Shown: piece by piece, positions 56,354 through 64,000 of the stretch | Layout of the letters: each line of letters begins with the position of its first letter | Position numbering within the stretch: position 1 is the first letter of the stretch | Origin: Escherichia phage vB_EcoM-101117BS1 | Sequence record: MZ234018.1 | DNA length: 64,000 nucleotides | Reading direction: 5' to 3' (one strand) | Position numbers and translations under genes: made by a program | Notes under the pieces: model-generated | Told to the model about the DNA's origin: nothing | What the model saw: only the letters and a program-made list of their open reading frames with translations | Databases searched by the model: none

Positions 56354-57682
56354 ATGCAACTGAATAATCGCGATTTAAAAAGTATCATTGATAATGAAGC
56401 ATTGGCTTATGCTATGTACACGGTTGAAAATCGTGCTATTCCAAATATGATTGATGGATTTAAGCCAGTTCAACGATTTGTTATTGCTCGAGCTCTTGAT
56501 TTGGCACGAGGAAATAAAGATAAGTTTCACAAACTCGCTTCTATTGCAGGTGGTGTAGCGGACCTTGGATATCATCATGGTGAAAACTCTGCGCAAGACG
56601 CAGGTGCTTTGATGGCTAACACTTGGAATAATAACTTTCCTCTGTTAGATGGTCAAGGAAACTTCGGTTCTCGTACTGTCCAAAAGGCAGCAGCAAGTCG
56701 TTATATTTTTGCTCGTGTAAGTAAAAATTTCTATAACGTATATAAAGATACTGAATATGCTCCGGTACATCAAGATAAAGAACACATTCCGCCTGCTTTC
56801 TATTTGCCTATTATTCCTACTGTTCTTCTTAATGGCGTTTCCGGTATTGCAACTGGTTATGCAACTTACATTCTTCCTCATAGTGTTTCTTCTGTTAAGA
56901 AAGCTGTACTGCAAGCTCTTCAAGGAAAGAAAGTAACTAAACCGAAGGTAGAATTCCCAGAATTTCGTGGTGAAGTCGTTGAAATTGATGGGCAATATGA
57001 AATTCGTGGAACATATAAGTTTACTTCACGAACTCAAATGCATATCACTGAGATTCCGTATAAGTATGATCGTGAAACTTACGTGAGTAAAATCTTAGAC
57101 CCACTTGAAGATAAAGGCTTCATTACATGGGATGATGCTTGCGGTGAGCACGGTTTTGGATTCAAAGTTAAATTCCGCAAAGAATATTCTTTGAGCGATA
57201 ATGAAGAAGAACGCCATGCAAAAATTATGAAAGACTTCGGGTTGATTGAGCGTCGTTCTCAGAATATTACGGTTATTAATGAGAAAGGAAAACTGCAAGT
57301 TTACGATAACGTAGTTGATTTAATCAAAGACTTCGTCGAAGTTCGTAAAACTTATGTCCAAAAACGAATTGATAACAAAATTAAAGAAACTGAGTCAGCT
57401 TTTCGTTTAGCCTTTGCCAAGGCACATTTCATTAAGAAAGTAATTTCAGGTGAAATTGTTGTACAGGGTAAAACTCGTAAAGAACTGACCGAAGAACTTT
57501 CGAAAATCGATATGTATTCTTCTTATGTTGATAAACTAGTTGGAATGAATATTTTTCATATGACTTCCGACGAAGCAAAGAAACTTGCTGAAGAAGCTAA
57601 AGCTAAAAAAGAAGAAAACGAATATTGGAAAACTACTGATGTAGTTACTGAATACACCAAAGATTTAGAGGAAATCAAATGA
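56354..57682 (+). CDS. 52: DNA topoisomerase II medium subunit gp52 (gyrase A-like)
   Basis: 442 aa; matches T4 gp52. Confidence 0.9.
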   Translation: MQLNNRDLKSIIDNEALAYAMYTVENRAIPNMIDGFKPVQRFVIARALDLARGNKDKFHKLASIAGGVADLGYHHGENSAQDAGALMANTWNNNFPLLDGQGNFGSRTVQKAAASRYIFARVSKNFYNVYKDTEYAPVHQDKEHIPPAFYLPIIPTVLLNGVSGIATGYATYILPHSVSSVKKAVLQALQGKKVTKPKVEFPEFRGEVVEIDGQYEIRGTYKFTSRTQMHITEIPYKYDRETYVSKILDPLEDKGFITWDDACGEHGFGFKVKFRKEYSLSDNEEERHAKIMKDFGLIERRSQNITVINEKGKLQVYDNVVDLIKDFVEVRKTYVQKRIDNKIKETESAFRLAFAKAHFIKKVISGEIVVQGKTRKELTEELSKIDMYSSYVDKLVGMNIFHMTSDEAKKLAEEAKAKKEENEYWKTTDVVTEYTKDLEEIK

Positions 57683-57828
57683 GTCCATTCATTGGTATTA
57701 CAAGCGCTGCATTAGTATCTGGTAGCATTTTACTGGCGGGTTTAGGCGTTGTTCCAGCAGTAGCAGGAGGTCTTCTTGCGTTCGGCATTCAACGTGTTAT
57801 CATGACAGTTATCACAGTCATGCAGTAA
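57679..57828 (+). CDS. small membrane protein
   Basis: 49-aa Gly/Ala-rich hydrophobic ORF overlapping gene 52 stop. Confidence 0.35.
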   Translation: MSPFIGITSAALVSGSILLAGLGVVPAVAGGLLAFGIQRVIMTVITVMQ

Positions 57829-57833
57829 TTTTA

Positions 57834-57862
57834 GGGAGAGCCGAGGCTCTCCCTTTTTTATT
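57834..57862 (+). terminator. rho-independent terminator
   Basis: gggagagccgaggctctccc hairpin followed by ttttttatttt. Confidence 0.6.
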
Positions 57863-57884
57863 TTAAAATTTTTTTCACAAAACG

Positions 57885-57914
57885 GTTTACAACCAAAGCA
57901 TACTGTGGTACTAT
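57885..57914 (+). promoter_or_regulatory. T4-type early promoter of motA
   Basis: GTTTAC 57885-57890, 18-bp spacer, TGGTACTAT. Confidence 0.6.
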
Positions 57915-57955
57915 ACAACTATCAACTACTGATACAGAATTACGGAGATTAGAAA

Positions 57956-58591
57956 ATGTCTAAAGTAACTTACATCATCAAAGCTTCTAACGATGTTCTG
58001 AATGAAAAAACTGCTGCGATTTTAATTACCATTGCTAAGAAAGATTTCATTACAGCTGCGGAAGTTCGTGAGGTGCATCCAGATTTAGGTAACGCAGTAG
58101 TTAATAGTAATATTGGGGTGTTGATTAAAAAAGGCCTGGTGGAGAAATCTGGTGATGGATTAATCATTACTGGTGAAGCTCAGGATATTATTTCAAATGC
58201 AGCAACTTTATACGCGCAAGAAAATGCTCCGGAACTACTGAAAAAACGAGCAACTCGTAAAGCTCGTGAGATTACTTCTGATATGGAAGAAGATAAAGAC
58301 CTCATGTTAAAACTTTTAGATGAAAATGGATTTGTTCTTAAAAAGGTCGAAACTTATCGCAGTAACTATCTCGCTATTTTAGAAAAACGCACTCACGGAA
58401 TTCGTAATTTTGAAATTAACAACAATGGAAATATGCGAATTTTTGGATACAAAATGATGGAACATCATATTCAGAAATTTACTGACATCGGAATGTCATG
58501 TAAAATCGCTAAAAACGGTAATGTGTATCTTGACATTAAACGCTCGGCAGAAAACATTGAAGCTGTAATCACTGTAGCATCTGAACTGTGA
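57956..58591 (+). CDS. motA: middle-transcription activator MotA
   Basis: 211 aa; matches T4 MotA. Confidence 0.9.
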   Translation: MSKVTYIIKASNDVLNEKTAAILITIAKKDFITAAEVREVHPDLGNAVVNSNIGVLIKKGLVEKSGDGLIITGEAQDIISNAATLYAQENAPELLKKRATRKAREITSDMEEDKDLMLKLLDENGFVLKKVETYRSNYLAILEKRTHGIRNFEINNNGNMRIFGYKMMEHHIQKFTDIGMSCKIAKNGNVYLDIKRSAENIEAVITVASEL

Positions 58592-58601
58592 GGAATAAAT
58601 A

Positions 58602-58931
58602 ATGAACAAGTTAGAAATTGTTAATGAACTTCGTCGTTGCGCAGAACCCACTCAAGAGGGGTGGGACATCTGGTATCATGGAGCTTATCTTGGAACTATC
58701 GTAAAGATTAAGACTGGTAAATACATGATTATTCGTGAAAGTAAAGATGCTCCAGTAGGTATTCGCAATAATTTTATGGCAGCGATAAGTTCATTTACTG
58801 ATGCAGCTTACGAAATTTACCTTGCCGATTATAAAGAATATCAGCAGTCACAACCGGTTATTCGTTCAATTGGTGTTAACAAAGCTCAGCAGAAAACTTT
58901 GTGGCAACGTATTAAAGGATGGTTTAAATGA
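58602..58931 (+). CDS. hypothetical protein
   Basis: 109-aa ORF. Confidence 0.45.
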   Translation: MNKLEIVNELRRCAEPTQEGWDIWYHGAYLGTIVKIKTGKYMIIRESKDAPVGIRNNFMAAISSFTDAAYEIYLADYKEYQQSQPVIRSIGVNKAQQKTLWQRIKGWFK

Positions 58932-59389
58932 AAACTTTTAAAGAACGTTTAGCTCTGTTAAATAAAGCTTTGTCGCGTGAGACTCCGGAAAGTCTGGCTG
59001 CTAAATTAGCTTCTTACGGTGGTGAATATACAGAACAAAATGTTTTAGATGAAGTTCCTGAAATCTGTTGGCAGACTGCATATTGGGATGAAAAACAAAA
59101 GTATCAACGACGAATTGTCTGTGCAGCCAACCGTTTTAAATTAAAAGATGGACGAACTCTTATTATTCCAGGTGCTCGTCATTATTCTAAAGATATGGCC
59201 GAAGTTTTAGATGTAGTTAAACCTCAATTAGTTACTCAACAAGTTTGTGATGATGACCAAGGGTTTATTGACCAATATAGTAATTATTGGACACGTGAAG
59301 AAGCAATGATTATTGCAACTTACGCTGGACAAGTACGTATTGAACGCGGTGGTAGTGAAAAAGAACTTTACTCTGAGGACCTTTACTAA
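58928..59389 (+). CDS. hypothetical protein
   Basis: 153-aa ORF. Confidence 0.5.
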   Translation: MKTFKERLALLNKALSRETPESLAAKLASYGGEYTEQNVLDEVPEICWQTAYWDEKQKYQRRIVCAANRFKLKDGRTLIIPGARHYSKDMAEVLDVVKPQLVTQQVCDDDQGFIDQYSNYWTREEAMIIATYAGQVRIERGGSEKELYSEDLY

Positions 59390-59685
59390 TGAATATTAAA
59401 AAGTTTCAAATTGATGGAATTATGAATCAAATCCAGGCATTAGAATATGCCAATAAAATGATGTCAACTAATTGGGGAATTTATGCCAATGAACCGGCGT
59501 TTCAGTTCTGTAATATGGAATTCGCCAAAAAGCTCGTAGGAAAAGATTATGTGTGTCCATTTAGTTCTCCAGTAAATGGAATGCTAAAACCTGCTTTACG
59601 CGATCTTTATATTGCGATGAACGAAGAAATGATAAAAGAGTTAAAACGTCAACTGAAGGTGATTCAATTTGGCCAGGGAAATTAA
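59389..59685 (+). CDS. hypothetical protein
   Basis: 98-aa ORF. Confidence 0.45.
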   Translation: MNIKKFQIDGIMNQIQALEYANKMMSTNWGIYANEPAFQFCNMEFAKKLVGKDYVCPFSSPVNGMLKPALRDLYIAMNEEMIKELKRQLKVIQFGQGN

Positions 59686-59887
59686 TTCAAAATCCGATTA
59701 TTTTAATTCTCTCAATGATAAAGATAAAAATCTAATACGGCATTTTATTGTTGAGATGGGATATACGGATACACGCGATTTAAGAGAACATATATTTGAA
59801 TGTGGTGTAGCTAAAAAGTTTTCATTCACATGCAAATGTTTGAGAGAGGTAATTCAGCACTATGAACAATTTAGTCGCAAAGCATAA
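59669..59887 (+). CDS. hypothetical protein (start uncertain)
   Basis: TTG start at 59669 or internal ATG at 59756. Confidence 0.3.
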   Translation: MAREINSKSDYFNSLNDKDKNLIRHFIVEMGYTDTRDLREHIFECGVAKKFSFTCKCLREVIQHYEQFSRKA

Positions 59888-59970
59888 TTTTAATAAAGCT
59901 TCTGTTCATAAAGATAAGAAGAAAGCGTTTAAAGAATCTAATCGCAAACAGAAACATAAGGGGAAGGTCT

Positions 59971-60249
59971 ATGATTATTGATTCTCAGTCTGTGGTTCAA
60001 TACACAATCAAAATTGATATTCTAGAAAAGCTATATAAGTTTCTACCAAACCTATACCATTCAATTGTTAATGAATTAGTTGAAGAACTACATCTCGAGA
60101 ATAATGATTTCTTGATTGGAACTTATAAAGACCTCTCAAAAGCAGGATATTTTTACGTAATTCCAGCTCCAGGAAAAAGTATCGATGATGTATTAAAAAC
60201 TATAATGATTTATGTCCATGATTATGAAATTGAAGATTATTTCGAATGA
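59971..60249 (+). CDS. arn: Arn-like anti-restriction protein (inhibitor of McrBC)
   Basis: 92-aa acidic ORF immediately upstream of asiA; size and position match T4 arn. Confidence 0.6.
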   Translation: MIIDSQSVVQYTIKIDILEKLYKFLPNLYHSIVNELVEELHLENNDFLIGTYKDLSKAGYFYVIPAPGKSIDDVLKTIMIYVHDYEIEDYFE

Positions 60250-60398
60250 GTCATAATCTTGAAAAGGTAATCGAGCATAATGTAGCTCAGGAACGCGAGT
60301 CGTTCAAGGAATTCGTAGAAAAAATTTTTGAAGAAAATAACACAGACCAGTTTACAAATCAAGCGTCTGATGATATTATAATAAAGTCAACTAATTGA
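60246..60398 (+). CDS. hypothetical small protein
   Basis: 50-aa ORF between arn and asiA. Confidence 0.3.
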   Translation: MSHNLEKVIEHNVAQERESFKEFVEKIFEENNTDQFTNQASDDIIIKSTN

Positions 60399-60410
60399 GT
60401 GGTATAGTTA

Positions 60411-60683
60411 ATGAATAAAAACATTGATACAGTTCGTGAAATTATTACTGTTGCATCTATTTTGATTAAATTTTCCAGAGAAGATATTGTTGAGAATCGT
60501 GCTAATTTTATTGCATTTCTGAATGAGATTGGAGTAACGCATGAAGGTAGAAAATTAAATCAGAATTCATTCCGTAAAATTGTTTCTGAATTAACTCAAG
60601 AAGATAAGAAAACCCTCATCGACGAATTCAACGAGGGTTTTGAGGGTGTATATCGATATCTAGAGATGTATACGAACAAATAA
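60411..60683 (+). CDS. asiA: anti-sigma70 factor AsiA
   Basis: 90 aa MNKNIDTVREIITVASILIKF...; matches T4 AsiA. Confidence 0.9.
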   Translation: MNKNIDTVREIITVASILIKFSREDIVENRANFIAFLNEIGVTHEGRKLNQNSFRKIVSELTQEDKKTLIDEFNEGFEGVYRYLEMYTNK

Positions 60684-61340
60684 TTATTTAGCCCTTCCTA
60701 ATATTCTGGCCGCCTGAGCACATATTGATTCAAGGCGGTCATTACTTATATGATCATTTCTATACCAGTACATTGTTATTGTTCCAGCATAGATATTATC
60801 CAAATTAAAATATGGACAACTATACATGTAGTTTATTTCGGGAGTAGGCTTTTTAGTTGGTAAAAAAGCAAATTTTGAGTCAGAATAATAATGACGTCCA
60901 TTTAAATGAACTATATATTCATCCATAGTTTTATCAACAGGATATCCTCCAAGTGATTTTTCAGTTATTGTTGAAGGTAATCTTCCTTCGTATGCTATAA
61001 TATCAACAAAATAGTTTAAGTTTTTAGGGCGGAAAGAATACACCGCACTAAAGTCTGCCTCAGATGATATATGAACTATCTGGAGTTGTTCCAGGGCGAC
61101 AGATTCAAAGCGTGCATTTCTTTCCTTTTCAATAATTTCACTGTATGTTTCATACTTTGATTGCTTATAGTACTCAAAGAAACTATCTCCCCTATACCAA
61201 ACAATCGCCATCATAAATAAAAGAATTACGACAGCTACCCGGGAAGCAAGAACCTTCCCAGTAGCGTTATCTTTGAACAAGCGATCTAGAACACCAAACA
61301 GAATATCAGAGGGCGAAAATGATATTCTAGGTGCTGCCAT
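60684..61340 (-). CDS. t: holin T
   Basis: 218 aa with N-terminal TM segment; matches T4 holin. Confidence 0.9.
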   Translation of the reverse strand: MAAPRISFSPSDILFGVLDRLFKDNATGKVLASRVAVVILLFMMAIVWYRGDSFFEYYKQSKYETYSEIIEKERNARFESVALEQLQIVHISSEADFSAVYSFRPKNLNYFVDIIAYEGRLPSTITEKSLGGYPVDKTMDEYIVHLNGRHYYSDSKFAFLPTKKPTPEINYMYSCPYFNLDNIYAGTITMYWYRNDHISNDRLESICAQAARILGRAK

Positions 61341-61357
61341 AGACCCTCCTTTTAAGA

Positions 61358-61365
61358 TATTTATA
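61358..61365 (-). promoter_or_regulatory. T4 late promoter (TATAAATA) for gene t
   Basis: - strand reads TATAAATA, then AGGAGG SD, then the t ATG. Confidence 0.55.
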
Positions 61366-61912
61366 CGTAATGCTTGAATAAACGCTTATACCAAGGTTTC
61401 CGTTCTTTTTCAGGCCATGAAGGGAATTCACCACCTAAATGCTCATGCTTTTCTAAAAGAGCAAAGAACCGCTTAAGGTTTTTATAATAAAATTTTTCCT
61501 TTTTATTGGCGACAGAAGCTTCAATCATATTATTTAAAACTTGGAACTCTTTATATAATTCTTCAATTTTTCTATTACGAATTAAAACTCGCTTATATGT
61601 TTCGTCTTCTTTCCAACCGTCATCAGTCCATATATCAAATTCGCCAGGCTCATCAAAAGTTATACCAACCGGGCTTCCAATTTCACTTATAAAAATTTCT
61701 TCTTTATTAAAAGTCCATGCTCGTTTTCCGCGATGGTCTTCTTCATAAATCCAATCCTGAGTACGTTCATCAAATACAACTGCATATCCTTCTTTAGGTT
61801 CTAAAGGTTTTTTAATTGTTGAATGAGCAGGAAGACCGAGGCCTTTAACCGGTTTGTAATTTTCTTCTTTGTAAAATTCTTTAGTGTCAAAATAATAATG
61901 ATATATTTTCAT
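61361..61912 (-). CDS. 38: gp38, T4-type tail-fibre assembly chaperone
   Basis: 183 aa MKIYHYYFDTKEFYKEENYKP...; matches T4 gp38. Confidence 0.85.
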   Translation of the reverse strand: MKIYHYYFDTKEFYKEENYKPVKGLGLPAHSTIKKPLEPKEGYAVVFDERTQDWIYEEDHRGKRAWTFNKEEIFISEIGSPVGITFDEPGEFDIWTDDGWKEDETYKRVLIRNRKIEELYKEFQVLNNMIEASVANKKEKFYYKNLKRFFALLEKHEHLGGEFPSWPEKERKPWYKRLFKHYV

Positions 61913-61920
61913 ATTTAGAA

Positions 61921-61934
61921 GGGGCCGAAGCCCC
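61921..61934 (-). other. UUCG-loop hairpin between genes 37 and 38
   Basis: - strand reads ggggcttcggcccc. Confidence 0.4.
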
Positions 61935-61939
61935 TCTCC

Positions 61940-64000
61940 TTATGCTAAACGAACGATATAGTTAAAAGCAATGTTTTTAACCGTGTTTTCTGTATTACCT
62001 GTACTATTTACAGTGATAGTATGACCATGCGAGCCAATTGCTACCTTGTGGGTATGAGCACCGATACCTACAGTATGGGTATGAGCACCAATACCTACTG
62101 TGTGAGCATGGTTACCTGTAGTGCTTGTAGTACCAGACCAAGTATGAGTATGAGCACCGTCTGAAGAAGTTTTGGCTATATTCGACCCTGCAGTAGCACC
62201 GTTCACGGTTCCAGTGAATTTAGCGTTGGCGTTTGCACCTACACTATTATATCCGTCATAGAATATGTTATTGGGTATGCCGGCTTGTATCTGAGGACCT
62301 GAGCGCGCATGTTGGTGTGCACCAGCAGAACTCGTAGTACCGCTTACAGTATGAGAGTGGTTACCTGTGGTATTGCTAGTCTTAGTGCCATAGTCAAAGC
62401 TACTTGTCGTCTTAGTACCATAATCAAAACTCGACGTAGTTTTAGTACCCAAGTCAGTACTTGAAGCCGATGCACTATGGCTATGAGCCTTAACACCATC
62501 GGCTTCTGCGCTTAATACAGCTCGACCACTTGGTTTACCTTTAATAGTTTGCCCGCGCATATCTGGAATTACGCCAGATGGGTAAGCCATAGCCAATTTT
62601 GGGTATGCAGACTTATCAAAAGTCTGGCCTTCCATAATAGCGTAACCGTCAGGAGGAGTATCCGTTGGCCATGGAATAGGAGCACCGATTGGGTAACTCG
62701 ATACAATATCGGTTTTAAGTGATTCAATTGTACTGTTTAAATTAGCAAAATTGCCAGAACCACCTGTAATATTGCCGTCTGTACCTAAATAAACTGAACC
62801 ACCAGCAGAAACACGCTTAGGAGATATAAAATCACCATTTTTGTTAAATTCCCAACCTAAATCCTTTATAATAGCGCCAGTCGAACCGCCATCGCCGCCT
62901 TTATGATAATGAACTCTGAAGTTACCGCCGTTAATTAGAGTTCCCAGAGAATAACAACTGTTTCCTTGGACATATCGTTGTTTCAAAATAGGAACGTAAG
63001 TACTTTTATCTGTACGATTAATATTCATATAGAATGGAGCACGAACGTTTTCATTATTTTGTGAAGCAAAAGACCCTGCACCAGCCGGGCGAACTGTGTC
63101 AGTACATTCAGCATCAATATAAGCTGCTTGTCCTACCTGCATACGGTAATTAGGAGAAATGCGACTATTACTAGTAACAACAACAAGTTTGGTATCGTTG
63201 TCCACAGTAATCATATTACCGCCAGCGCCATCATCGCCTAACGTAACAGAATGGCGCATTTGTACCATACCATTATTAAGACTAATACTAAGTGGGCGGA
63301 GATTACTTATTCCACCACTTTCACCGGCATCTTTAGGAGTCGGGATAATATGTAATGCTGTTTCTGAGCGACGGAAAATAGCACCGTATTCGGCATTCCA
63401 AATTCTTAATGCATCAGCAGTTCCACCAATTTTTACTTGTCCAGTAATAGAAGAACCACCTTGGACAAACAAACCATTAGACATGGTAACATTACCGACT
63501 AAAGTGCTTAATCCATTAACTTTAAAACTTCCGTCAGTAATAATACTTCCTCTAGCATTAACTTGTCCATTGAACTGGGTTACAACAGGCCCAGTAGTTT
63601 CAGAGCCACTTGGAGCCACACGCTGTGAATAAAAATAATATCCTTGTCCATCAGCTACTTCAAAAACCGTTTCACGATTACGATCGCCAGATGCGTTAAA
63701 TGAATTACCCCATGCTTTAACAGTTACATAGCTTTTATTCTGACCAGCACGAGTACCGCCTTCCCACAAAATTTGCTTAGTGCCATCAATTGTAGTAGTT
63801 GGAGCGAATGTTAGCCCAGCAGTAGAATTATTAGCTGCTAAATATATGCCATTATATATTGAAAGCTGCTTAACAGATGTAATACCGCCATCAGCATAAA
63901 ACATTACATTATTAGAGCCAGTTACCAATTTCAAAATACCCGGGTTAACTTCCATGCCTTCTTGAGTATTAATATTAGTTTTGCCTTTACCACGGAAATA
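61940..64000 (-). CDS. 37: long tail fibre distal subunit gp37 (5'-partial; continues beyond window end)
   Basis: reading frame stays open to the window edge; C-terminal His-rich [33 protein letters not shown] repeats as in T4 gp37. Confidence 0.9.
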   Translation of the reverse strand, partial: YFRGKGKTNINTQEGMEVNPGILKLVTGSNNVMFYADGGITSVKQLSIYNGIYLAANNSTAGLTFAPTTTIDGTKQILWEGGTRAGQNKSYVTVKAWGNSFNASGDRNRETVFEVADGQGYYFYSQRVAPSGSETTGPVVTQFNGQVNARGSIITDGSFKVNGLSTLVGNVTMSNGLFVQGGSSITGQVKIGGTADALRIWNAEYGAIFRRSETALHIIPTPKDAGESGGISNLRPLSISLNNGMVQMRHSVTLGDDGAGGNMITVDNDTKLVVVTSNSRISPNYRMQVGQAAYIDAECTDTVRPAGAGSFASQNNENVRAPFYMNINRTDKSTYVPILKQRYVQGNSCYSLGTLINGGNFRVHYHKGGDGGSTGAIIKDLGWEFNKNGDFISPKRVSAGGSVYLGTDGNITGGSGNFANLNSTIESLKTDIVSSYPIGAPIPWPTDTPPDGYAIMEGQTFDKSAYPKLAMAYPSGVIPDMRGQTIKGKPSGRAVLSAEADGVKAHSHSASASSTDLGTKTTSSFDYGTKTTSSFDYGTKTSNTTGNHSHTVSGTTSSAGAHQHARSGPQIQAGIPNNIFYDGYNSVGANANAKFTGTVNGATAGSNIAKTSSDGAHTHTWSGTTSTTGNHAHTVGIGAHTHTVGIGAHTHKVAIGSHGHTITVNSTGNTENTVKNIAFNYIVRLA
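62018..62158 (-). repeat. tandem codon repeats encoding the HxH-rich segment of the gp37 tip
   Basis: near-identical ~24-nt units (gggtatgagcaccgatacctacag...) on the + strand. Confidence 0.6.
62378..62449 (-). repeat. tandem ~30-nt repeats encoding [10 protein letters not shown] units in gp37
   Basis: protein reads [24 protein letters not shown]. Confidence 0.5.

Noticed and set aside
63159-63632. 157-aa ORF on the + strand inside gene 37
   Set aside because: Pro/Ser/Leu-rich low-complexity translation antisense to the tail-fibre gene; shadow ORF.
1-64000. tRNA genes, integrase, transposase or prophage att sites
   Set aside because: No cloverleaf-like or recombinase-like features were recognised; the window is a lytic T-even early region, and the T4 tRNA cluster lies elsewhere on the map.

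Overview
This window is a T4-like (T-even, Tequatrovirus-type) phage genome segment, read in the opposite orientation to the standard T4 map. Early and middle genes lie on the + strand; the lysis and tail-fibre genes t, 38 and 37 lie on the - strand at the right end. Gene order matches T4: an nrdC-upstream block of unknown-function ORFs, nrdC, pin-like, 49, nrdD, nrdG, nrdH-like, 55, a-gt, 47, 46, rpbA, 45, 44, 62, regA, 43, imm, 42, a glucosyltransferase, uvsX, 40, 41, dmd, sp, 61, 56, soc, modB, modA, srd-like, dda, dexA, 39, rIIA, rIIB, denB, ndd, stp, ac, 52, motA, arn, asiA, then t, 38 and 37 (5'-partial). Core proteins were recognised from their translated sequences and sizes; the unnamed small ORFs are called from ORF structure, ribosome-binding sites and position only. 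No tRNA, rRNA, CRISPR array, integrase or transposase was seen. Differences from reference T4, as I recall it: nrdD has no intron, the topoisomerase large subunit is a single 605-aa ORF (39 fused with 60), a 280-aa glucosyltransferase sits where T4 has b-gt, and no dam-like ORF lies between 56 and 61. I found no convincing novel multi-gene system. The most notable observations are a perfect 55-bp tandem duplication that truncates a small ORF just upstream of nrdC, a compact counter-defence island between genes 41 and 61, four tandem ~300-aa ORFs that each end in a coiled coil, an antisense small membrane ORF between 61 and 56, and recurring hairpin-plus-early-promoter cassettes. All coordinates for promoters, hairpins and sub-threshold ORFs were derived by hand from the sequence and anchored to neighbouring ORF-track boundaries.
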